DNA of 64,000 bases from Planctomycetota bacterium (GCA_031423015.1 JANPER010000176.1:4759-68758); one strand, 5' to 3'; positions 9,072 through 19,486 are shown, counted from the stretch's first letter. The notes: generated by a model from the sequence alone, not told the origin. Made by a program: numbers and translations.

Positions 9072-10202
9072 TCAGTTGCCGAACAACTGCGTCCAGTGGT
9101 TCGCCGCGCGCCCCAACCCTACGCGCATCGCGTCGCGCAGCATGTTCTTGTGATGGCCGGGGCTGTACCACCAACCGCGGATCGCCTCGGCGCCGGTGGG
9201 GTGACCGGCGGCGATGTTCTCGGCCGAGGCGCTGGTGCCGGCCTTCTGCGCGCGTAAGCCGGGATTCTCTTTGCCCGCAACCGGTGAGTCGTGGCTGAAG
9301 AACCCGAGCTTCACCATGTCGGCCGAATGGTCGCGCGCGGCGGTGCAGAGCTGGACGTCGATCGTCAGCACTGACAGCCCGAGCAGCACACGGATGCGAT
9401 TCAGTTCGCGCACGCCTGCCTTCTCTTCGGCGTCGATGCCGTCTTGCAGCGCTTCGTTGGCCTGCAAGGTGCGCGCGTCGCGGTCGCTCATCGGCGTCGC
9501 GCGCTCGGCGAGAGACGCGAGGTCGGCGTCCAGATCAATGACCAGCTTGCGCGGGTCGGGGAAGGCGGGACGACGCATCAGCAGGTCCAAGCCGAAGGCC
9601 GTGCTTTGCAGCGCTGCATCGGCGCGCACGCGGCACTCCCACAGCTTGCCGAGCCACACGGCGTGGGCGCGCGCGCGTTCGAGCTGCGTCGAAAGCACCG
9701 GCGTCGCCGCCAGCACGACACTCGGCTCGAGCACCAAGAGCGTGCGCAGCTCGGCGACGCGGGGATCGACCTCGCTGACCACCGTTTCCTTGCTGAGATC
9801 AACGGCCTGCGAGCGCTGCAGGATCTCGAAGCGGAGCGTGCCCACGCGTCGGTCGCCGTCGCGTCCCATGCGCTTTTGCAAGACCGTGCGGGCCCGCCGC
9901 TCGAAGCCCGCACGCACGCGCGCGGCCTCGGCGCGAAACTCCTTGAGCGCCGGGTCGCCGGCAAACGTGACCGCTTCCAGCAAGGCGCCGGCGGCGCGAT
10001 CGCCGACCCCCAGCAACTTGTCGACGGCCGCGCTGCGCTCCTCATCGCTCGTTTGCGGGTTGCGCACGCGCCGCGCCAACGCCGAGACATCGACTTCGAC
10101 AGGTGCCTCCTGCGCCGGCAGATGCATCGCCGCCAGGACCAACCCCATCGACGCCCACCGCGCGAGTCGCGTCGGCACGTTGAGGTCAGCGGAAGAAGTC
10201 AC
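9072..10202 (-). CDS. CAP (SCP) domain protein
   Basis: LNRIRVLLGL...AARDHSADM...FFSHDS...AENIAAG...WWYSPGHHKNML. Confidence 0.9.
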   Translation of the reverse strand: MTSSADLNVPTRLARWASMGLVLAAMHLPAQEAPVEVDVSALARRVRNPQTSDEERSAAVDKLLGVGDRAAGALLEAVTFAGDPALKEFRAEAARVRAGFERRARTVLQKRMGRDGDRRVGTLRFEILQRSQAVDLSKETVVSEVDPRVAELRTLLVLEPSVVLAATPVLSTQLERARAHAVWLGKLWECRVRADAALQSTAFGLDLLMRRPAFPDPRKLVIDLDADLASLAERATPMSDRDARTLQANEALQDGIDAEEKAGVRELNRIRVLLGLSVLTIDVQLCTAARDHSADMVKLGFFSHDSPVAGKENPGLRAQKAGTSASAENIAAGHPTGAEAIRGWWYSPGHHKNMLRDAMRVGLGRAANHWTQLFGN

Positions 10203-10869
10203 AGCTCACGCGCACGACGATCTCGAGTTCTTTCGTGGTCCCGTTGAACGGGTGCCGCGCGCCAAACGAGTGCCCCGTCTTCTCCAGCATGATGAGCCGC
10301 CCGGTCTGCTTGGGCAGCCAGTGGTACAACAACTCGGCTTCGGACGGCGACACGACGTGGTCTTCTTCGCCGTGCACCAGCAGCACCGGGGCATCGAACG
10401 CGCGCGCGGCGCGTTCCACGAAGAACCGATGCGCGTGCTCGGCGAGGTCGGCGCGCGTGGCATCCGCCGCGGCGCGATTGAACGTCGACAGCGGAGCCAG
10501 GCCGACGATGCCTTGCACGCCGAGACCGAGGGCGCCCGCGAGCAGCGCGAGGCTCGCGCCCTTGCCGTGCCCGAGCAGACCGATGGCGCCGCGCACCGCG
10601 GCGAACCCCGGCGGCCGGTGACCCTGCGCCCAGGCACCGAGGATGCCTTCCAGCAAATCGAGTTCGGCCACCAGCGAGCCGGGCGAGGGCGTCGGCAACA
10701 TCCACACCGGACGCTGCTCCGCCAAGCGCGCCACCAAGTAGGGATAGAACGCCCAGTCGTCGGCCAGGTCCAGCCCGCGCAACAGCACTACGGGCGCGGT
10801 TGCGCGCGCGCTCGGCGCACAACTGAAGCTGAGGTCGCGGTCGAGCGCGTGCCACTCCACCTTCAGCAT
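10186..10869 (-). CDS. Alpha/beta hydrolase-fold protein
   Basis: IGLLGHGKGA, PVLLVHGEEDHVV, TGHSFGA; start uncertain. Confidence 0.75.
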   Translation of the reverse strand: MLKVEWHALDRDLSFSCAPSARATAPVVLLRGLDLADDWAFYPYLVARLAEQRPVWMLPTPSPGSLVAELDLLEGILGAWAQGHRPPGFAAVRGAIGLLGHGKGASLALLAGALGLGVQGIVGLAPLSTFNRAAADATRADLAEHAHRFFVERAARAFDAPVLLVHGEEDHVVSPSEAELLYHWLPKQTGRLIMLEKTGHSFGARHPFNGTTKELEIVVRVSCDFFR

Positions 10870-11017
10870 GGGCTCGCCATCCTTGACTACCACTGATTCG
10901 CCACTTCCGCCGAGACTCCTTGAAACGCTATGCGCCGACACCTTGTGCACGCGTCGTAGCCACGGTTGCGGCGCGCGCAGGGGCTTGATGCTACCCTTGT
11001 CGCCTCGTTCGCGCACC

Positions 11018-11770
11018 ATGTCGAACCAGGCCGAAGAACAAGACGCCGCCGTCGCGGCACGCACGCACGACCTGGCCAAGCTCGCCGAGCGCATCGGCCA
11101 CGTCTTCGCGGATCTCTCGCTCCTCGAGCGCGCGCTGTGCCACGCGTCGATGGGCAACGAGAAGAAGGACAACTACGAGCGCCTCGAATTCTTGGGGGAT
11201 GCGATCCTCAACTTCCTGGTAGGGGACTACCTTTTTCAACAACGGCCAGACGTCCCGGTCGGCCAGCTCACCGAGTTGCGCGCGCGCCTCGTCGCGCGCC
11301 CACCCTTGGCGCAAGTCGGACGCACGCTGTGCCTGGGCAACGCGCTCGAAGGCGGGCGCGGCTTGCGCGAGCAGGATCGCGCCTCGCCGCGGATCCTCGC
11401 CGACCTCACCGAAGCCGTGCTCGCCGCCGTCTACCTGGATGGGGGAATGCCGGCGGCGGTGGCCTTCGTCGGCCGCTGGATCGTGCCGCAGTTGACCGAC
11501 GTCGAGCACCATCCGGTGCCGCCGCGCGACGCCAAGAGCCGCATCCTGCACTTTGCGCAGACGCGCGGCTTGGGTCAGCCCACCTACGAAGTGCGCGGTG
11601 AGTCGGGTCCGCCGCACGACCGCACGTTCGAAGTCGGCTGCGTCGTGGACGGCAAGACGGTGTCGACCGCCTCCGGCAAGACGCGCCAGGAAGCCGAAAA
11701 GCAGGCCGCGGCCACGGCCCTGACCCTGCTGAGCGCCGACGCGGCGCCGCGCGGAGACGACCCGGAGTGA
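11018..11770 (+). CDS. rnc: Ribonuclease III
   Basis: NYERLEFLGDAIL signature; dsRBD GPPHDRTF...KTRQEAEKQAA. Confidence 0.95.
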   Translation: MSNQAEEQDAAVAARTHDLAKLAERIGHVFADLSLLERALCHASMGNEKKDNYERLEFLGDAILNFLVGDYLFQQRPDVPVGQLTELRARLVARPPLAQVGRTLCLGNALEGGRGLREQDRASPRILADLTEAVLAAVYLDGGMPAAVAFVGRWIVPQLTDVEHHPVPPRDAKSRILHFAQTRGLGQPTYEVRGESGPPHDRTFEVGCVVDGKTVSTASGKTRQEAEKQAAATALTLLSADAAPRGDDPE

Positions 11771-14700
11771 GTCTGTGCGCGCTGGTCGATGCGTTCTACG
11801 CATTGCCGCAGGTCGGCGCCGCACACGACGCCACGCGCGCGCGGCAGCAACGCGCGGCCGGCGGCCTGTGGGGCGCCAGCAGCGCGTTGTTGCTCGCGGC
11901 GCTGGCCGACGTGCGACGCAAGCCGCCGCCGTTGCTCGTGCTCACGGCACACGACGACGACAGCCACACCTTGCAGCGCGACCTTGCGACCTTTGGGGTC
12001 GAGCACGCGCACACCTTGGTGACGCTGACGTTCGACGTCGATGCTCAGCCCGAGGCGCACGGCCTGAGCGCGCGCGTGCGCACGTTGGTGGAACTCGGCA
12101 AGACGCGGCGCGGCGACCATCCGCTGGTCTTGCTGTGCGGCATCGAGGCGCTGCTGCAACCGGTGCCCGATCCGAGCCAACTCGGCCGGCAACGGCTCGA
12201 ACTGCGCGTCGGCGACAAGCTGAACCCGGCCGAGGTGCTGGCCAAGGCCAGCAGCGCCGGCCTGCGCCGGGTGCCCGTCGTGCTGGCGCCGGGCGAGATC
12301 AGCCACCGCGGCGACGTGCTCGATGTGTTCCCGGTGGGCGAACCGGCGGCACTGCGCGTCGAGCTGCTCGACGATGAGATCGAGTCGATCCGCACGCTCG
12401 ACACGCAGACCCAGCGCTCGCTCGAAGCCTTGCCGCACGTCTCGCTGTCGATGTCGGCCACACAAGCGCAAGCCTGCGCCGACGTGCTCGATCACGTGCT
12501 GACGCGCGACCTGGTGGTGATCGTGTACGAACCGCTGCGCGTCGAGGAAGAGCAGAAGGCCCTGCTGGCGCACGGCGGTCCCCTCGCCAAAGCCCTCGAT
12601 CGCTTCGAGCAGGCGACCGCGCCGCTGGCCCGCATCAGCATCGGCGCGCTGCCCAGAGGCGACCTCGACTTCAAGGTGCTGTCGGCGGGCAGTGCGATCG
12701 GCGCCGGCGAAATCGACCCGCATGGGCGTCTGCGCGCGCTGCGCGGCAACCGCGGCCGACTGACGATCGTGTGCCCGGGCGACGCCGAGCGCACGCGCCT
12801 GCTGGAGATCTTCGCGCACAAGCAGGTCGATACCCAAGTCGAGCAAGTCGACCTGGCCATCGGTGCGCTGAGCCGTGGCTTTCGCCTCAGCGACCTTTCG
12901 TGGACGGTGCTGTCGCACGCCGAGTTCGCCGGCGTGCCGGCCGCGGTGCGCGCGCCGTCGCGCATGCCGATGCCGAGTCGCGTGATCAGCAGCTTCTTCG
13001 AGCTTGGCCCCGGCGACACGGTGGTGCACGCGGCGCACGGCATCGCCGAGTTCGAGGGCATCGAGCGCGTCCAGCGCGGGCCCGACGCGGCCGAGGACCA
13101 CCTGCGCCTGCGCTTCCGCGACGACGTGCTGCTGCTGGTGCCCGCCTCCAAGGTGCACCTGGTGCAGAAGTATGTCGGCTCCGGCGACGCCTCGCCGCGC
13201 CTCGATCGCCTAGGCGGCAAGGGCTTCCATCGGCGCAAGGAGGAGGTGCAGAAGGCGCTGTTCGACATCGCCGCCGAGCTGCTCGAAGTGCAGGCGCAGC
13301 GCGAATCGGTCACCCGGCCGCCGTTTCCGCGCGACCAGCTGGAGACCGATCTGCTCGACGGCTTCCCGTTCGTCGACACCGAGGATCAGGTCACGTCGTG
13401 GAACGAGATCCGCAGCGACTTGGAGGCGCAACGACCGATGGACCGCCTGCTGTGCGGCGACGTCGGCTTCGGCAAAACCGAGGTCGCCCTGCGCGCGGCG
13501 TTCAAGGTGGCGATCACCGGTCGCCAGGTGGCGGTGCTGGTGCCGACGACAGTGCTCGCCGAGCAGCACGGCGACACCTTCACGCGGCGCTTTGCCGCGC
13601 ACGGCCTGCGCGTCGAAGTGCTGTCGCGCTTCACGCACGGCAAGTCGAAGAAGGCGGTGATCGACGCCATCGCAAAGGGCAAGGTCGATGTCGTCGTCGG
13701 TACGCATCGCCTGTTCGGCAGCGACGTCAGCTTTCCTGACCTCGGCATGCTGGTGATCGACGAGGAGCAGCGCTTTGGGGTGCGGCAGAAGGAGCAGTTC
13801 AAGAAGCTACGGGTCGCGGTCGACGTGCTGACGCTGTCGGCGACGCCGATCCCGCGCACGTTGCACGGCGCGCTCGTGGGCGTGCGCGCGATCAGCACGC
13901 TCAACACGCCGCCGCCCGGCCGACAAGACGTGGAGACGCGCGTGGCGTTTCGATCGCCCGAGATCATACAGCAGGCGATTCGGCGCGAGCTGCTGCGCGG
14001 CGGCCAGGTGTTCTTCTTGCACAACCGCATCGAGGCGCTCGAGCGCCTGGCGAACACCGTGCGTGCTCTCGTGCCCGACGCGCGCGTCACCATCGGCCAC
14101 GGCCAGATGTCAGAAGGCGACATGGAGCGCGCGATCCGCGGCTTCGTGCGCGGTGACTACGACGTGCTGATCTGCACCAGCATCGTGGAGAACGGGCTCG
14201 ACATCCCGCGCGCCAACACCATCCTGATCGACGACGCCACGCTGTTCGGCCTGGCGGAGCTACACCAGTTGCGCGGACGCGTCGGCCGCAGTGCGGTGCA
14301 AGCGCACTGCATCCTGTTCATGGATCCGTTGCAGCCGCCGCCGGAGGCTGCCCGCAAGCGGCTGCGCGCGATCGAAGAGCTGTCGCACCTCGGAGCGGGC
14401 TTTGCGATCGCGATGAAAGACCTCGAGATCCGCGGCGCCGGCAATCTGTTGGGGCCGCAGCAGTCGGGCCACATCGCCGCAGTCGGCTACGAGATGTACG
14501 CGCAGCTCCTGCACCACGCCGTCGAGCAGGCGAAGGCGCGCAAGGCGGGCAAGCCGGCGCTGGACATCAGCAGCATGGTCCTGCCCGCCGTGCTCGAGGT
14601 CGACGTCGACCTTCGCCTCAACGCGTTCCTGCCCGACGATTTCGTCACCGAGCCGCGGGCGCGCCTCGAGCTGCTGCGCGAGATGGACGGCGCCGTCGAC

Positions 14701-15093
14701 GTCGGAGCCGAGGCCGAGCTGCGCCGATCGCTCACCGACCGCTTCGGTAGGTTGCCCAAGCCGGTGGACAATCTGCTGCGCGTGTATCTGGTGAAGCACC
14801 TGCTGGCACCGCTTGGCCTGCGCTCGCTGCAACTGATCGACGATCGGCTGATCGTGCGGCATCCGATCGGCGAGCCGATTGCCGCCGGCGCCTGGCTCGA
14901 CGCGTTCGCCGATGTGCGGCCCCTCGAAGCCGGCAAGACGCACCTGATCCTGAAGCCGCGGCGCGGGCGCGACCAGGGCAAGCCGTGGCGCGGCGAAGAA
15001 GTGCTCGCCCTGTTGTTGCAGACCCTGACCGGCAGTCCGTCGGACGCTCCGGGCCGCAGCGCCCGCGAACCGGCCGGCGACCGGCGCGAGTGA
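11767..15093 (+). CDS. mfd: Transcription-repair coupling factor
   Basis: MDRLLCGDVGFGKTEV, DEEQRFGV, SATPIPRTL, KDLEIRGAGNLLG. Confidence 0.97.
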   Translation: MSLCALVDAFYALPQVGAAHDATRARQQRAAGGLWGASSALLLAALADVRRKPPPLLVLTAHDDDSHTLQRDLATFGVEHAHTLVTLTFDVDAQPEAHGLSARVRTLVELGKTRRGDHPLVLLCGIEALLQPVPDPSQLGRQRLELRVGDKLNPAEVLAKASSAGLRRVPVVLAPGEISHRGDVLDVFPVGEPAALRVELLDDEIESIRTLDTQTQRSLEALPHVSLSMSATQAQACADVLDHVLTRDLVVIVYEPLRVEEEQKALLAHGGPLAKALDRFEQATAPLARISIGALPRGDLDFKVLSAGSAIGAGEIDPHGRLRALRGNRGRLTIVCPGDAERTRLLEIFAHKQVDTQVEQVDLAIGALSRGFRLSDLSWTVLSHAEFAGVPAAVRAPSRMPMPSRVISSFFELGPGDTVVHAAHGIAEFEGIERVQRGPDAAEDHLRLRFRDDVLLLVPASKVHLVQKYVGSGDASPRLDRLGGKGFHRRKEEVQKALFDIAAELLEVQAQRESVTRPPFPRDQLETDLLDGFPFVDTEDQVTSWNEIRSDLEAQRPMDRLLCGDVGFGKTEVALRAAFKVAITGRQVAVLVPTTVLAEQHGDTFTRRFAAHGLRVEVLSRFTHGKSKKAVIDAIAKGKVDVVVGTHRLFGSDVSFPDLGMLVIDEEQRFGVRQKEQFKKLRVAVDVLTLSATPIPRTLHGALVGVRAISTLNTPPPGRQDVETRVAFRSPEIIQQAIRRELLRGGQVFFLHNRIEALERLANTVRALVPDARVTIGHGQMSEGDMERAIRGFVRGDYDVLICTSIVENGLDIPRANTILIDDATLFGLAELHQLRGRVGRSAVQAHCILFMDPLQPPPEAARKRLRAIEELSHLGAGFAIAMKDLEIRGAGNLLGPQQSGHIAAVGYEMYAQLLHHAVEQAKARKAGKPALDISSMVLPAVLEVDVDLRLNAFLPDDFVTEPRARLELLREMDGAVDVGAEAELRRSLTDRFGRLPKPVDNLLRVYLVKHLLAPLGLRSLQLIDDRLIVRHPIGEPIAAGAWLDAFADVRPLEAGKTHLILKPRRGRDQGKPWRGEEVLALLLQTLTGSPSDAPGRSAREPAGDRRE

Positions 15094-15102
15094 GAGCGTG
15101 TC

Positions 15103-16224
15103 TTGCGGCCCACCGACCACTATCTTGTCGCCGTGCGCTCGCTCTTCGTTTGTTGCCTCGTCATCTGGTCGGTCGCGTTGTGTGTAGGCGCGCAGGAACC
15201 GACGCCGCCGGCCGCCCCCACGCCCACGCAGGACACCCGCAGCTTCGACTTCGTGGCGGCGATGGTGGGCAACCGCGCGATCCTCGCCAGCCAGGTGACC
15301 GAGCGATGGCGCGACGAACTCAAGGACGACGCACAACGGCCGCGCGCCTTGCAGCAGTTCGTATCGCCGGCCAAACGCCACGCGCTGTGGGGCCACCTGC
15401 TGGAGGTTTTCGTCACCAACGAGATCACTGCCCAGAGTGCGCGCTTGATGGGGCGTTCACCCGACGAGGTCGAGGCGCAAGTGCAGCACCTGGTGCAAGA
15501 AGACATCGCGCACCAGGCCGAGCAGTCTGGCGGCTTGAACGAGTTTGCGCGCTCGCTGGGCGCCGTCGGCCACAGCATGGGGTCGGTCGCCGAGGAGTCG
15601 CGCGCCAAGATCATGAGCCAGATGGCCTACTACCAGGGCGTGCTGCGCGAGCTGCACGACCAGCAAGCCATGTTGGCGACACCCAAGGAGATGAAGGCGG
15701 CCTTCGACGCCGACCCGAGTCGCTTCGAGAGCCTCGGCTCGGTCAAGCTGGCAGTGCGGCGCTTTCCGCGCGCGCCCGACCGCGACGCCGCGCTCGGCCA
15801 GGCCACGACGGTAGCGACGGCGTGGCGCGCCCTGGCACGGCCGGTCACCGCGCCGGTGATGCGGTCGCAGGGAGCCGACACGCACATCATCGATGTGACA
15901 CTCGGCCAAGAGGGGACCACGGCCCTGAAGATCTTTGCGCCGACGTGCGCTGCCGGCGACAGCTCGGATCCCATCGAAGACGAGGGCTGGATCTGGGTGC
16001 TGCTTTGTCTGGAGCGGGTCGAGCCCAAGCGGGCGGACTTCAGCGACGCCGAGGTGCAGCGCAAGCTGCGCAAGGAGATCGCGGACCGTCACTGGCAGCA
16101 GATCGCTTCTCGCCTCTTCCCCGAGAACCGCGTCGGCGTGCGGCGCCTGCCTTGGGGTGAGCCGTCGAACATGGAGCGTCCGGCGCGGCCGGGCGCGACG
16201 CGCGGCGGCGAGCCGCCCCGCTGA
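15103..16224 (+). CDS. SurA/PpiC-like periplasmic chaperone
   Basis: Signal peptide, FVAAMVGNRAILASQV (SurA N-like), position downstream of mfd. Confidence 0.55.
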   Translation: MRPTDHYLVAVRSLFVCCLVIWSVALCVGAQEPTPPAAPTPTQDTRSFDFVAAMVGNRAILASQVTERWRDELKDDAQRPRALQQFVSPAKRHALWGHLLEVFVTNEITAQSARLMGRSPDEVEAQVQHLVQEDIAHQAEQSGGLNEFARSLGAVGHSMGSVAEESRAKIMSQMAYYQGVLRELHDQQAMLATPKEMKAAFDADPSRFESLGSVKLAVRRFPRAPDRDAALGQATTVATAWRALARPVTAPVMRSQGADTHIIDVTLGQEGTTALKIFAPTCAAGDSSDPIEDEGWIWVLLCLERVEPKRADFSDAEVQRKLRKEIADRHWQQIASRLFPENRVGVRRLPWGEPSNMERPARPGATRGGEPPR

Positions 16225-16374
16225 GCTTCTCTTGCCGCGGGTCTTCGTGTGGCGCGAAGATCCGGCTGATGGCAGCGGCAGGAGAAGCGACCCAGAGATA
16301 ACAGCGCGGCGGCCATACAAGTCGGCGCTGCGCCGACATCAGCCTCGTTGGCTGTGGCCGCCGGTCACGCTGAG
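16222..16374. mobile_element. MITE/REP-like palindromic element, copy 2, flanked by (CGC)TGAG duplication
   Basis: Shares exact 19-mer GTCGGCGCTGCGCCGACAT (16321-16339 = 4671-4689) and collinear blocks with copy 1. Confidence 0.65.
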
Positions 16375-16545
16375 TCCCTCGCCCAGGTTTTTGCGCAGCG
16401 GTCTTCTTCCCCCGTGGCACCGCCGCCGCTAACTTCTACCCTCCCCCTGAACCGTCCCCCAGGGCGTCCGTTGTTTCACTATCTTCGCCGTCCTGCTCAG
16501 GACGGTTCCCTGACCCTCGCGCCCTAAGCCGACAGGCTCGACTCT

Positions 16546-18096
16546 ATGGACCCAACCAAAATCCACCTCGAGCATCAGCATCGAAACCCGCTCTTGGACA
16601 ACGAACCGACGTTCCAGGAGGTCATGGCAGAGCAGCTGGCGCACGCGCCTTGGCTGCTCCTGTCGATCGTCATCCATCTCGTCGTCATTGGCCTGCTCTG
16701 GTTGATCCCCGGCGGGACGGGCGGCGAAGCCGAGAAGGTCGTGTCCATGCAGGTCCCGCAGAAGGAGGAGGAGATCGTCGAGGAGATCAAGCCGGAGGAG
16801 AAGCCGGTCGAGGAGAACCCGGAGGAAGAGCCCACCCTGCAGGACGCGGAGGTGATGGATAACCCAACCCAAGCCAACGAGTCCGAGAACTTCGGGGCCT
16901 CCGACAACAACTCCGACTCCGTCGAGTCGGCCTTCGACGGCAACGCGTGGAACACCGCGGTCGGTCTGGGCGGCGGCGCGGCCGGCAAATTCGGCGGGCG
17001 CGCTGGCGGCCGCGGCAAGCTCGGCGGCGGCCGGGGCGGCAAGCTCACAGCGCAGGCGATCGAAACCGGTCTGCAGTGGTTGAAGGACCACCAAGACGAG
17101 GACGGCAAGTGGGACGCCGACGAGTTCATGAAGCACGACGAGAACGGCGACCCGTGCACCGGCGCGGGCGACGCACTGCACGACGTCGGCGTCACGGGCC
17201 TGGCGTTGCTCGCCTTCTTGGGCGACGGCAGCACCATGAAGTCGGGGCCGTACAAGGACGTGATCAAGAACGGGATCCTGTGGCTGCGCGGCCAGCAGGA
17301 TGCCGACACCGGCCTGATCGGCACCGAGGCCTCGCACCACTTCATCTACGACCACGTCATCGCCACCCTGGCGCTGTGTGAGGCGTTCGGTCTGTCGAAG
17401 TACCGCTCGCTCAAGGGCGAGGCGCAGAAAGCGATCAACTACCTCGAAGCCCACCGCAACCCGTACGGTTGCTGGCGCTATCAGAAGCAGGCCGGCGACA
17501 ACGACATTTCGGTGACCGGTTGGGCGGTGCTGGCGTACGTGTCGGCCAAGGAGTTCGGCCTGCTGGTCGACAAGAAGGCGTTGGAGTATGCGGACGCCTA
17601 CATCGACGAGATGACCGACACCAACGGCCGCACCGGCTACATCGAGAAGGGTGGCCTCTCGTCGCGTCACAAGGGCCAGCACGAGATCGACTTCCCCGCC
17701 GGCAACACCGAGTGCATGACCGCGGTGGGCTTGCTCTGCAAGTACTTCCTCGGCCACGACCCCAAGAAGTCGCCCATGATGGAGAACCAGGCCAAGGTCC
17801 TGATGAAGAAGTTGCCGCAGTGGCAGGCGGACTCCAAGGGTTCTTGGGTCGACCACTACTACTGGTACTACGGCACGTACGCGATGTATCAGGTGGGCGG
17901 CACAGCGTGGGACCAGTGGTCGAAGGCGGTCAACGACGCGGTCATCAAGAAGCAACGCTCGGACGGCAACTCGAAGGGCTCATGGGACCCTGTGGATGCC
18001 TGGGGCTCCGACGGCGGCCGCGTCTACTCGACAGCGATCCTGGTGTTGACGCTCGAAGCGTACTACCGCTACTCGCGCGTGCTCGGCGGGCGCTGA
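16546..18096 (+). CDS. Membrane-anchored prenyltransferase/squalene oxidase repeat protein
   Basis: TM WLLLSIVIHLVVIGLLW, acidic linker, repeats GLQWLKDHQDEDGKW, TGLALLAFLG, YYWYYGTYAM, QRSDG..GSW. Confidence 0.85.
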   Translation: MDPTKIHLEHQHRNPLLDNEPTFQEVMAEQLAHAPWLLLSIVIHLVVIGLLWLIPGGTGGEAEKVVSMQVPQKEEEIVEEIKPEEKPVEENPEEEPTLQDAEVMDNPTQANESENFGASDNNSDSVESAFDGNAWNTAVGLGGGAAGKFGGRAGGRGKLGGGRGGKLTAQAIETGLQWLKDHQDEDGKWDADEFMKHDENGDPCTGAGDALHDVGVTGLALLAFLGDGSTMKSGPYKDVIKNGILWLRGQQDADTGLIGTEASHHFIYDHVIATLALCEAFGLSKYRSLKGEAQKAINYLEAHRNPYGCWRYQKQAGDNDISVTGWAVLAYVSAKEFGLLVDKKALEYADAYIDEMTDTNGRTGYIEKGGLSSRHKGQHEIDFPAGNTECMTAVGLLCKYFLGHDPKKSPMMENQAKVLMKKLPQWQADSKGSWVDHYYWYYGTYAMYQVGGTAWDQWSKAVNDAVIKKQRSDGNSKGSWDPVDAWGSDGGRVYSTAILVLTLEAYYRYSRVLGGR

Positions 18097-18127
18097 GCCG
18101 ACGCCAACGCTGGCCCGCGCCAGAACC

Positions 18128-18166
18128 CGACGCCCCGGTGTTGCAAGCCGCGACACCGGGGCGTCG
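18128..18166 (+). terminator. Strong hairpin, probable terminator
   Basis: CGACGCCCCGGTGT...ACACCGGGGCGTCG 30 nt after the stop; weak U tract. Confidence 0.55.
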
Positions 18167-18253
18167 TCGTTTCCGACGCTGCTCGCAGGGCGGGCGCGAA
18201 GACGTCGCTGGCAACGACGCGCGCCCGCCAGAGTCGCGGGGTGAGAATCGACG

Positions 18254-18281
18254 CAAGTGGCGCTCGAGCGGTGGTCGATGC
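18254..18281 (+). promoter_or_regulatory. Possible sigma-28 promoter
   Basis: CAAG-N16-GTCGATGC upstream of flagellin, partial match to TAAA-N15-GCCGATAA. Confidence 0.35.
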
Positions 18282-18325
18282 AGTCTCGGGACGCGTGCAG
18301 GTGCGCGCCGGGCAAAGGCGAGCGC

Positions 18326-19156
18326 ATGGGCCTCAGGGTCAACACGAACATCGCGTCCTTGAACGCGCAGCGCGCGCTGGCGCGCACCACCGAGCGATTG
18401 CAGTCCAACTTTCGCCGCCTGTCGACCGGGCTGCGCATCGCTACCGCCGCCGACGACGCGGCTGGCCTGGCGATCTCGGAACGCTTTCGCGCCCAGGTGC
18501 GATCGACGGAGCAGGCAGTGCGCAACGCACAAGACGGCATCTCGCTCACGCAGACCGGCGAGGGCGCCCTGAACGAAGTCAGCTCGATCCTCATCCGCCT
18601 GCGCGAGTTGGCGGTGCAGGCGAACAACGCGACCGTCAGCGGCCAGGACCGCAACACGCTGAATCAGGAGTTCCGCGACCTCATCAACGAGGTCGACCGC
18701 ATCGCCCGCTCGACGACGTTCAACAGTGTGAACCTGCTCGACGGCAGCGGCTCGACGTTGATCTTCCAAGTTGGCATCGGCACCACCACCGGCATCGACA
18801 CCATCCTGCTGACGCTGTCGAACACGCTGTCGTCGACCCTGGGGCTCAACTCCATCGACGTCGGCGCGACGGGTTCCCCGACCAGCGCGATCACCGCGAT
18901 CGACTCGGCCATCAACACCGTGGCCCGCGTGCGCGGCTCCTTCGGTGCGGTGCAGAATCGGTTGAACGCGACGGTCCAGAACCTGCGCATCCAGTCGGAG
19001 AATCTGAGCGCCGCCGAGAGCCGCGTGCGCGATGTCGACGTGGCCGCCGAGACGGCAGAACTGACGCGCAACTCGATCCTGCAACAGGCCGCCATCGCCG
19101 TGCTGTCGCAAGCCAACGTGCAACCGCAAATCGCGCTGCAGTTGCTGCAGAACTGA
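18326..19156 (+). CDS. fliC: Flagellin (short, 276 aa)
   Basis: RLSTGLRIATAADDAAGLAISE; GAVQNRL; AAESRVRDVDVAAE. Confidence 0.95.
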   Translation: MGLRVNTNIASLNAQRALARTTERLQSNFRRLSTGLRIATAADDAAGLAISERFRAQVRSTEQAVRNAQDGISLTQTGEGALNEVSSILIRLRELAVQANNATVSGQDRNTLNQEFRDLINEVDRIARSTTFNSVNLLDGSGSTLIFQVGIGTTTGIDTILLTLSNTLSSTLGLNSIDVGATGSPTSAITAIDSAINTVARVRGSFGAVQNRLNATVQNLRIQSENLSAAESRVRDVDVAAETAELTRNSILQQAAIAVLSQANVQPQIALQLLQN

Positions 19157-19222
19157 TCGGCCGCAGCGCGTCGTCGTCGTGACCCACCTTAGGGCGCGCC
19201 GACCGGCGATCGAAAACGACCG

Positions 19223-19486
19223 CTACTTCGTCGCTGCAACCAGGCGCGCAACCAGGCTCTTGCGGCGCGAGGCGGTGTTCTTGTGCAACACGTTCGCCTT
19301 GGCAGCCTTGTCGATTTTCTTGCACACGAGCGGCAGCATCGCCGTGGCGGCGGCCTTGTCGCCCTTGCTGACCACCTCTTGCAGGCGCTTGAGGATTGTC
19401 TTGACCTCAGAGGACTTCGCCTTGTTGCGCAGGCGGCGCTTGTCGTTCTGTCGGATGCGCTTGCGCGACTGTTTGCTGTGAGCCAT
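19223..19486 (-). CDS. rpsT: 30S ribosomal protein S20
   Basis: MAHSKQSRKRIRQNDKRRLRN...IDKAAKANVLHKNTASRRKS. Confidence 0.97.
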   Translation of the reverse strand: MAHSKQSRKRIRQNDKRRLRNKAKSSEVKTILKRLQEVVSKGDKAAATAMLPLVCKKIDKAAKANVLHKNTASRRKSLVARLVAATK

